DNA of 64,000 nt, from positions 61,697 to 125,696 of the forward strand of contig JAPOVS010000054.1 in the NCBI GenBank assembly GCA_026708055.1, read 5' to 3'. The stretch comes from a bacterium (GTDB lineage Bacteria > Actinomycetota > Acidimicrobiia > Acidimicrobiales > CATQHL01). The notes beneath the pieces were generated by a model. That model had not been told where the DNA came from, ran no database searches, and saw only the letters and a program-made list of their open reading frames with translations. Of the stretch, positions 18,741 to 25,993 are shown piece after piece (the stretch's first letter is position 1; the number at the start of each line of letters is the position of its first letter). A program made the translations under genes and the position numbers.

Positions 18741-19522
18741 CGCCGTCTCAGGAGTGTGAGAAGCTTGGCATGAAGGCTGTCTATCAGTTCGTCCAGCGCC
18801 GGGCTGTTCGGGGCGATGAGCTGAGTTCGACGCATGTTCGCCCAGTCGCCGCTCAGCACATCGAGGTGGGTGTAAGTGCTGTCCAACAGGGATTCCAAGA
18901 GGTTCTCAGGCTGCGAGGCAATATCCGGAAGGTCTGAATCCGATGCCAGGAAGGAACCAAGGGCTGCCATGCAGTCGACGTCGGGTGAGTCCAATAGCCG
19001 GTCGAGGTCGTAGAGGTCGCGGGCCGCGAGCCTGCTGGGGTGGGCCAGACATGCCAGTTTGGCGGCGGTGATCGCCTCCAGGGTGATTCCCGTAACCCGG
19101 ATGTCATCGCCGAGTCCGGGATACCGAGGCTGAAGCCTCCAGAGCCGGACGCCATCCCCCGGCGGAGCGTCGGGCACAGTGATGTCGATGCGCAGGCGGT
19201 GGCGCGTGTCTGCGGGCGCTTCCCACAGAATGTCCAGACGGCCAGAGCGGTCGCGGGCCCGCAGTGACCGCCCCGAGGCTCGCGACGCCTCGTCCAGGAC
19301 GTTCTCAATGGTGTGGACAATCTCGTGGCGCTCCGCGGACGAGTGCCCCGACCAGTCGAAATCCAGGTCCTCCGAGTAGCGATAATCCATCTTCCAGCAG
19401 GTGCGCAACAGCGTGCCGCCTTTCAGGACAAGGCGATGCCGTCGGCGCTCCCGGGCCGCCAGAGCGGCGAGGAGAAAATGCTGAATGCGGTCGCGTTCGA
19501 CCGCGCACGTTGGCGAGTCCAT
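18737..19522 (-). CDS. abiEii: AbiEii/AbiGii-family nucleotidyltransferase toxin (type IV TA)
   Basis: LVLKGGTLLRTCW..YRYSEDLDFDW and RDLYDLDRLL motifs. The ATG at 19522 lies 7 nt after the upstream gene's stop. Confidence 0.75.
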   Translation of the reverse strand: MDSPTCAVERDRIQHFLLAALAARERRRHRLVLKGGTLLRTCWKMDYRYSEDLDFDWSGHSSAERHEIVHTIENVLDEASRASGRSLRARDRSGRLDILWEAPADTRHRLRIDITVPDAPPGDGVRLWRLQPRYPGLGDDIRVTGITLEAITAAKLACLAHPSRLAARDLYDLDRLLDSPDVDCMAALGSFLASDSDLPDIASQPENLLESLLDSTYTHLDVLSGDWANMRRTQLIAPNSPALDELIDSLHAKLLTLLRRR

Positions 19523-19529
19523 CCGCGGG

Positions 19530-20267
19530 CTAGGTAAGCAGTTCCGACGCCAACGCGTCAGGACCGTACGGCCACACGACTCTCCGGGCCGTGTCGTACC
19601 ACGCCCAGCGATTCGCCCGGCGGGGACGGAAGCCGCTGAGCTGGATCCATCGATCGCCGCGGCCGGCGCGGGGTACGAGTTCGGCCCACTGCGGCGGCGG
19701 GCTGCCTTCGAGCTGTCCGCGCACGCTGCTGGCCGCCAGCCCCGCCGCAACCGAAGCCACCCTGCGCAACCCGGCCCGCAGACACAGCTCCTCGGACAGC
19801 GCAGCCACCGAATCGGGGTCGAATTCTGGAGCGCCCAGCAGGACCGCATCAGCGATGTACTCCACGGCACGGGGGACCCGGTGAGGGAACTGCGCGCACT
19901 CCAACAGCGCACGCGCCGGACTCGACATCCAGGTCCGTCGGGTGATCCGCCGCGAGCCCGCCTCGACGACATGCTCCGGTTCTGTGATCACCCGAAGCCC
20001 CGTCGGCAGCGGCCCCTTCAGTACCCGCTTCGACGACGCCACGGTGGTGCCGTGGATCAGCGCGACGCCTGCCTCACACAAGGCCGTGTCGTAGGAGATT
20101 CGCCTCGATCCCGGCCCGAGCAGGTTGTCGAGTCGCTCCTCGAGCGCCGGGCTCCAATGCATGGACGACACCTGCCGGGCCGCATCCGGAGGGCCGCCCG
20201 CAACGGGCAGGGCCGCTGCCCGCATGGTAGCCAGCGGGGCGACCGAGACCGGAACGACACTCCCCAC
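19530..20267 (-). CDS. abiEi: AbiEi-family antitoxin/transcriptional regulator
   Basis: Called from its position immediately upstream of abiEii, its size, and a C-terminal region similar to AbiEi proteins. Confidence 0.6.
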   Translation of the reverse strand: MGSVVPVSVAPLATMRAAALPVAGGPPDAARQVSSMHWSPALEERLDNLLGPGSRRISYDTALCEAGVALIHGTTVASSKRVLKGPLPTGLRVITEPEHVVEAGSRRITRRTWMSSPARALLECAQFPHRVPRAVEYIADAVLLGAPEFDPDSVAALSEELCLRAGLRRVASVAAGLAASSVRGQLEGSPPPQWAELVPRAGRGDRWIQLSGFRPRRANRWAWYDTARRVVWPYGPDALASELLT

Positions 20268-20530
20268 AGTCCAAGGCTAACCCAATCCCGCCGCCGCACT
20301 CCGAACCCGGGGCACCCTGCGAGGCTCACCCCCGCGGGCAGCGACCCGTAGTCCGCGGCCAGCCACCGCGCCCGAACGGCTCGGAGGATTTTACTCTGGA
20401 CGCTCGTCCTGTGTTAGCCTGCCTGGCCGCTGCGCTGCTTCTTGCGTCTTGCAGCGCTCCCCGACACTTATGGAGGATTCGATGTTCGATAAGACGAGGC
20501 GCGCGGTGACCGCGCCTGGATCGGCGGCTG

Positions 20531-20544
20531 CCCCCCCCCCCCCC
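20531..20544. repeat. C14 homopolymer tract
   Basis: Fourteen consecutive C between an SD+ATG (20472-20484) and the signal-peptide coding region of the 20606-22999 ORF. Confidence 0.9.
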
Positions 20545-20605
20545 GTTAGCTGAACGAGCGCGGCGGCGCCGTGGGGGCGTTGCTGCTGCAATCGCGCTCG
20601 CGGCG

Positions 20606-22999
20606 TTGATCGGCGGGCTGATCGTCCTCACTTCGCCCGCGGCGGCACAGGAGCCGACGACCGCCGAGGAGGGTTCCGAGGTCCGCATCGCGGCGCGCCG
20701 ACTGGACGACGGTCGAATCGAGTTCGCGCTGCAGCAACGCCAGGGCTCATCCTGGGGACAGCGAGAGTTGCCGCGCTCGCGGTTCTTCCCCACCGACGCC
20801 GCTGCGGGCCGCTGGCTGTCCAGCACGCCGCTGGAGGTCGGCGGCACCGAGGTCCGCATCGCGGCGCGCCGACTGGACGACGGTCGAATCGAGTTCGCGC
20901 TGCAGCAACGCCAGGGCTCATCCTGGGGACAGCGAGAGTTGCCGCGCTCGCGGTTCTTCCCCACCGACGCCGCTGCGGGCCGCTGGCTGTCCAGCACGCC
21001 GCTGCGCCTCGGTGCTGCCAGCGCCGCCGACGCCCGCTTCACCGCCATCAGCATCGGCGCGCATTATTCGTGCGGGTTGCGCTCCGACGGCGCCGTCGTC
21101 TGCGTCGATGATCGCGGCTTCAAGATCGACGTGCCCGACGGGCGCTACACCGCCGTCGAGGTCCACCGCGAACTCGATGCGATGTGCGCGCTCGCCGCCG
21201 ACGGCACCGCCACCTGCTGGGACCACCTCGGCGAACAGGTCGACGCGCCCGCGCCAGAGGGGGGGTTCACCGACATCAGCCTGAGCGAGGCGGTCGGCTT
21301 GTGGTCCTTCGATGACTTCGCGTGCGGACTCCGCGCCGACGGTACCGCTACCTGCTGGGAACTCGGAGAGCACGGCCAATACCACGGCCAATACGACGTC
21401 TCTGGCGGCCCGTACACGTCCATCGACGCAACTGGAAGCTGCGGGCTGGAACGCGAGGGCGCGATCTCCTGCTGGACCCCCAGCGGGGAAGTCGACTACA
21501 CGGTCGAAGGGCCGTTCACCGAAGGGCCGTTCACGGTTCGCGCCGGCGAGGGCTGCGGGCTCCGCAGCGACGGCACGCTCGCCTGCTGGTCGCAAGCCTA
21601 CGGCGACGGCAGGCTACCGGGCGACGACACGGAACCGCCTGAAGGATCTGAAGGGCGCTTCAGCGCCGTCAGCAGCGGTGAGGGCAGTTCCTGCGGCCTA
21701 CGCCTCGACGGCACAGTCAGGTGCTGGGGCCGCTCCCGAATGGCACCCTCGGGGCGGTTCAGCGCCGTGGACGTGGGCTACCAGAACTCCTGCGGACTGC
21801 GGACCGACGGCTCAGTGGCCTGCTGGGGCTCTGACGCGGGCGGCCTCGTGAGCGACGCGCCCGAGGGCCGGTTCACCGCCATAGCCGTACACGGCGACGA
21901 GCCGAATCCTCGCGACGTCCACGGACACGGAGAGGAACACAGGGACGACCGTGCCTGCGCGCTGGCGACCAACGGCACCATCTCCTGCTGGGGCCGCATC
22001 GACAGGGGGCCATCGGACGCCGTGACCGGCCAATTCACCGAACTCGTGACTCTTGCATTCGCTAGCTGCGCTCTGAGCGTCGACGGCGAAATCGGCTGCT
22101 GGGGAACGCGCCCTGCATTATGGGCCGGGGGCGACACGCCCGTTCATGCACCTGCCGGGCGGTTCGTCGCAATCAGCATCTCAGGCGGGTTCAACGTGGA
22201 CGTTCCACGGGGGCTCGGCGGCGGATCGCGCGGGATAATTGAGATTTGCGGCGTGCGCGTCGACGGGACCATCGCCTGCGAGCACGGGTTGCCTCTGGGG
22301 CTCACCAGCGACCCGCCCGACCGCAGATTCACCGACATCAACGGCGATTGCGGCCTGCGCGCCGACGGCACCGTCACCTGCTGGAACTACGGGAGCGTGA
22401 AGTCCGAGTTCGACCTGAGCGACGTCCGGCTCACGACCATCGACGGCGACTGCGGCCTGCGCGCCGACGGCACCATCATCTGCTGGGACTCCACCGGCGT
22501 GCAGCGCGACGGGCCCGCCGAAGGGCGCTTCACCGCCATCGATGGCAGCTGCGGCCTGCGCGCCGACGGCGCCATCATCTGCTGGCGATACGACGACGAG
22601 GAGACCTACGGACCGGAAGGGCGCTTCACCGCCATCGATGGCAGCTGCGGCCTGCGCGCCGACGGCGCCATCATCTGCTGGCGATACGACGACGAGGAGA
22701 CCTACGGACCGGAAGGGCGCTTCACCGCCATCGATGGCAGCTGCGGCCTGCGCGCCGACGGCGCCATCATCTGCTGGCGATACGACGACGAGGAGACCTA
22801 CGGACCGGAAGGGCGCTTCACCGCCATAAGCGGTAGCTGCGGCCTGCGCGCCGACGGCACCGTATCCTGCTACGACCTCGAGGCGCCCGACGGGCTGTAC
22901 AGCAGCCTGACCGGTTATGGTTCCCAGGCGTGCGCCATTCGATCCGACGGGGGTGTCAGGTGCTGGGGAAGCGTCCAGGTGCTCGTCCCGGGGAGATGA
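20606..22999 (+). CDS. secreted N-module (x2) + CGLRxDG/RCC1-like repeat propeller protein
   Basis: Two EVRIAARRLDDGRIEFALQQR..WGQRELPRSRFFP..GRWLSSTPL units, then at least 20 C(G/A)LRxDG..CW repeats. The frame is open back to 20510 and encodes an RRRR-hydrophobic signal peptide with no canonical start. Confidence 0.75.
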   Translation: MIGGLIVLTSPAAAQEPTTAEEGSEVRIAARRLDDGRIEFALQQRQGSSWGQRELPRSRFFPTDAAAGRWLSSTPLEVGGTEVRIAARRLDDGRIEFALQQRQGSSWGQRELPRSRFFPTDAAAGRWLSSTPLRLGAASAADARFTAISIGAHYSCGLRSDGAVVCVDDRGFKIDVPDGRYTAVEVHRELDAMCALAADGTATCWDHLGEQVDAPAPEGGFTDISLSEAVGLWSFDDFACGLRADGTATCWELGEHGQYHGQYDVSGGPYTSIDATGSCGLEREGAISCWTPSGEVDYTVEGPFTEGPFTVRAGEGCGLRSDGTLACWSQAYGDGRLPGDDTEPPEGSEGRFSAVSSGEGSSCGLRLDGTVRCWGRSRMAPSGRFSAVDVGYQNSCGLRTDGSVACWGSDAGGLVSDAPEGRFTAIAVHGDEPNPRDVHGHGEEHRDDRACALATNGTISCWGRIDRGPSDAVTGQFTELVTLAFASCALSVDGEIGCWGTRPALWAGGDTPVHAPAGRFVAISISGGFNVDVPRGLGGGSRGIIEICGVRVDGTIACEHGLPLGLTSDPPDRRFTDINGDCGLRADGTVTCWNYGSVKSEFDLSDVRLTTIDGDCGLRADGTIICWDSTGVQRDGPAEGRFTAIDGSCGLRADGAIICWRYDDEETYGPEGRFTAIDGSCGLRADGAIICWRYDDEETYGPEGRFTAIDGSCGLRADGAIICWRYDDEETYGPEGRFTAISGSCGLRADGTVSCYDLEAPDGLYSSLTGYGSQACAIRSDGGVRCWGSVQVLVPGR
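20678..21004 (+). repeat. tandem duplication, 171-bp unit x2 (N-module)
   Basis: 20678-20833 and 20849-21004 appear identical at the DNA level. Confidence 0.85.
22523..22810 (+). repeat. perfect tandem repeat, 96-bp unit x3
   Basis: GGGCGCTTCACCGCCATCGATGGCAGCTGCGGCCTGCGCGCCGACGGCGCCATCATCTGCTGGCGATACGACGACGAGGAGACCTACGGACCGGAA starts at 22523, 22619 and 22715. Diverged units lie on both flanks. Confidence 0.9.
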
Positions 23000-23286
23000 C
23001 AGGGAACCGGCCGGCCCGCCACCGCACTCCGACGCCGAGACCGCTCACCGAGCCGGCCGGCGTGTGCTGACGGTGGCTGAGCGTTCCCGGCCGCCGGCGA
23101 CGTGCCACAGCCGCTGGCGGCGACGCGGGGCCCGCCCTGATCTGCGGCCCGCTCCCCCCTCGGCCAGCCGCCGGTACAACTCCACGTACGAGTCGTAGAC
23201 CGCGCCGCTCGGCGAGCAACCGGCCCCGACACTGCCACGCCAGAGCCACTCAACAAGGTAAAGGGGTCGAATTGCGAAACGAGCGC

Positions 23287-25890
23287 TCAGCAGCCCCCGT
23301 CTCTGAACGGGTTGGACCTCCGCTGGGGCACCAGGGTCCAGTTCATGAGGAAGTCCGTGCGGCACAGGCCGCCGAACTCGCCCATCAGGTTCGCCAGCAG
23401 GGAAAGATTCGTCGGCAGGCCCCGGAACGTCCACCAGAACGCGGCGCCGTCGGTGAAGGTGCGCGTGTACCAGGCCGGCACCTCGCCCGCCAGGCCGCTG
23501 CGGAGGACCTCCAGGTCCTCCTCGGCCGGCGTCGGCGGTGTCCCCAGGCACGCCGATGCGGATCCGTAGTACGTCAAAGGAGCATCGGGCAACACCAAGT
23601 GCAGCATCGCGTCGGCGATGGCCTCCTCGCCGCCGGCCAGGCAGTCCGGGTAGTTCACCGCGAAGTACATCTGGGTCGCGCCCCACGGCCGATTCGGCGT
23701 CAAGGCCGTCGCTTGATCGTACACATGGGCCAACTCGTGGACCCCGACGTGCAGAAGCTCCTGCATGCTCCTCTCGCCCAGGCCGGTGCCGATCGCCATG
23801 CTGGACGTGTCGCAGCCGTATTCGCCCGGCGCTGTGAACCCGCAGCTCACGGTCGCGGTGCCTCCATCGGCCAGGTCGAACACTCGAACGTCGTCGCGTG
23901 CATGGTTCCAGGCGATCCGCAACCAGGGGAAGGCAGCCTCGTTGGCCGCGACGAGCTCGTCCATGGCGGCGCGGAACGGGCCGGCGTCTACCTGCGCATC
24001 CTCGTCGTTCCAATCGGGCACGCCGATGGCGGGAATCACCGTTCGGGGATCGTCGTCGGTGGCGGCCGGCGCGACTCGCGTCGGCTCCAAGCGCGCCTCG
24101 GTGTCGCCGACGCCCAGCTGCCCGTAGCGGTTGTCGCCCCAGCAGGCGACCTCGCTGGTCACCGTGAGGACACAGGCGTGCGAGCGCTGATAGGGGTTCT
24201 GACTGCTGACCGTCAGCGCCACCACGTCGCTCACCCCCCGGAGCCTGCGGGGTTCCCGCCGGTGCTCGGTCGTGCCGATCCCGACTTCGCCCGCCGGGTT
24301 CGCACCCCAGCAGGAGACGTCCCCGTCACGGTGCAACGCGCAGGAGCTCCATGCGCCCGTCGCGACGGCCACCGCATCGGTGATGCCGACGACCGGGGTG
24401 GGACGCGACAACGTCGAATCGCGCTTTCCGGCGCCCAGAGTGCCGAAGACGAACACCGTGTCGCCGGCCTCGTAGAAGGCGGCGTAGTTGGACCCCCAGC
24501 ACGAGACTGCGCCAGAGCGCCGCACGGCGCACGAGAAACTGTGCCCGGCCGACACCGAAGCGGCGTCTTCGAGTCCGCGCACACGGACGGGCGCAAGCCG
24601 CTCGGTGCTCGTGCCGTCGCCGAGTTCCCGGTGGTCGTTGTTCCCCCAGCACGACACCGCGCCGTCGGCGTGCACGGCGCACGTGTGCCAGGCGCCGGCG
24701 CCTATCGACGTCACGTCGCCCAATCCGGAGACCCGCGCGGCTCGGGGGCGGGACTCTCCGGTGCCGTCGCCGAGCTGCCCGACCTCGTTGTCGCCCCAGC
24801 AGGAGGCGCCGCCGTCGGCATGCACCGCGCAGGCGTGCCGCGCCCCGACCGAGACGTCGACGGCATCGTTCACGCCCCGCACCCTCACCGGCGACGGGCG
24901 ATCGGTCCACGTTCCGTCACCGATTCCTCCGAAGTAGTTGTCACCCCAGCACGACACGGTCCGATCACTGTGAAGGACGCACGTCGGGCCGTCCGCGGAG
25001 CCGGCGGCGGAGTCGCCGACGCTGATGGCCACGACATCGTCGAGGCCTTGCACCGGTACCGGTACGAGAGCCCGGTGCAAGGACGGATCGCCCAGCCGCA
25101 GCGACGCGCTGTTGTCGCCCCAGCAGTCCACGCCGCCGTCGGCGTTGACCGCACAAGTGTGGTAGCCGCCGGCCGCGATCAGGGCGGCGCCTCGTTCGGC
25201 CGCAATGGGCGCGTCGCCGCGTCGGGGGGCCTCGCCCGCCGAGTCGCCCCCGGCCTGCAGCCGCAGGGCCGAACTGGAAAGCCAGCGCCCCTCGGCGGCG
25301 TCGGCCGGGAAGTACCGCCGCGACGGCAACAGGCGCTCGCCCCAGTCGCTGCCGGAGCCCCGCTGCTGCAACCCGAACTCCACCCGCCCGTCGCCCAGGC
25401 GCCGAGCCACGACCCGCACCACAGTGTCCGCCGGGAGCCCTGACACCCGCAGGGCCGAACTGGAGAGCCAGCGCCCCTCGGCGGCGTCGGCCGGGAAGTA
25501 CCGCCGCGACGGCAACAGGCGCTCGCCCCAGTCGCTGCCGGAGCCCCGCTGCTGCAACCCGAACTCCACCCGCCCGTCGCCCAGGCGCCGAGCCACGACC
25601 CGCACCACAGTGTCCGCCGGGAGCCCTGACACCCGCAGGGCCGAACTGGAGAGCCAGCGCCCCTCGGCGGCGTCGGCCGGGAAGTACCGCCGCGACGGCA
25701 ACAGGCGCTCGCCCCAGTCGCTGCCGGAGCCCCGCTGCTGCAACCCGAACTCCACCCGCCCGTCGCCCAGGCGCCGAGCCACGACCCGCACCACAGCGTC
25801 CGCCTCCTGGCCGACCGCCGCCGAGGGAACTGCCGCGCCCAACACCGCGACGACCGACGCCGCGACCAGAGCCTTGCCGATCCGCCTCAC
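23287..25890 (-). CDS. secreted N-module (x3) + 7-blade RCC1 propeller + Cys-rich HExxH (zincin-like) C-terminal domain protein
   Basis: Signal peptide, three 62-aa units, seven (C/S)WG.N..GQLGDG blades, HELAH encoded at 23725-23739, and a C-terminal NPFRDGGC. Confidence 0.85.
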   Translation of the reverse strand: MRRIGKALVAASVVAVLGAAVPSAAVGQEADAVVRVVARRLGDGRVEFGLQQRGSGSDWGERLLPSRRYFPADAAEGRWLSSSALRVSGLPADTVVRVVARRLGDGRVEFGLQQRGSGSDWGERLLPSRRYFPADAAEGRWLSSSALRVSGLPADTVVRVVARRLGDGRVEFGLQQRGSGSDWGERLLPSRRYFPADAAEGRWLSSSALRLQAGGDSAGEAPRRGDAPIAAERGAALIAAGGYHTCAVNADGGVDCWGDNSASLRLGDPSLHRALVPVPVQGLDDVVAISVGDSAAGSADGPTCVLHSDRTVSCWGDNYFGGIGDGTWTDRPSPVRVRGVNDAVDVSVGARHACAVHADGGASCWGDNEVGQLGDGTGESRPRAARVSGLGDVTSIGAGAWHTCAVHADGAVSCWGNNDHRELGDGTSTERLAPVRVRGLEDAASVSAGHSFSCAVRRSGAVSCWGSNYAAFYEAGDTVFVFGTLGAGKRDSTLSRPTPVVGITDAVAVATGAWSSCALHRDGDVSCWGANPAGEVGIGTTEHRREPRRLRGVSDVVALTVSSQNPYQRSHACVLTVTSEVACWGDNRYGQLGVGDTEARLEPTRVAPAATDDDPRTVIPAIGVPDWNDEDAQVDAGPFRAAMDELVAANEAAFPWLRIAWNHARDDVRVFDLADGGTATVSCGFTAPGEYGCDTSSMAIGTGLGERSMQELLHVGVHELAHVYDQATALTPNRPWGATQMYFAVNYPDCLAGGEEAIADAMLHLVLPDAPLTYYGSASACLGTPPTPAEEDLEVLRSGLAGEVPAWYTRTFTDGAAFWWTFRGLPTNLSLLANLMGEFGGLCRTDFLMNWTLVPQRRSNPFRDGGC
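25262..25800 (-). repeat. tandem repeat, 186-bp unit x3 (N-module)
   Basis: Unit landmarks CGCAGGGCCGAACTGGA at 25262, 25448 and 25634. The copies are nearly identical at the DNA level. Confidence 0.85.
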
Positions 25891-25993
25891 GGCGATGGTC
25901 GCCTCCGGGTGTCACGCCGCCGGTGATCCTCACCGGGGACCGACATTGTCCGAGGACACAGGGACGCAGTGCTCACCGCTGCGAAGCTAGCGC

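Noticed and set aside
19523-19972. 150-codon N-terminal extension of the AbiEii ORF
   Set aside because: It overlaps abiEi in another frame. The conserved AbiEii sequence begins at ATG 19522, 7 nt after the abiEi stop.
23272-25443. 723-aa plus-strand ORF, with similar long ORFs at 40018-42264(+), 33249-34805(+), 44810-46375(+), 57993-59633(+) and 59588-61048(+)
   Set aside because: All are antisense shadows of genes with recognisable domains. They have low-complexity R/G/A/P-rich sequences and no start context.
20678-25800. Diversity-generating retroelement (template/variable repeat pairs) as an explanation for the near-identical repeats
   Set aside because: No reverse transcriptase or accessory gene is present in the window. 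The repeats are in tandem inside coding regions. The differences I saw are not adenine-specific.
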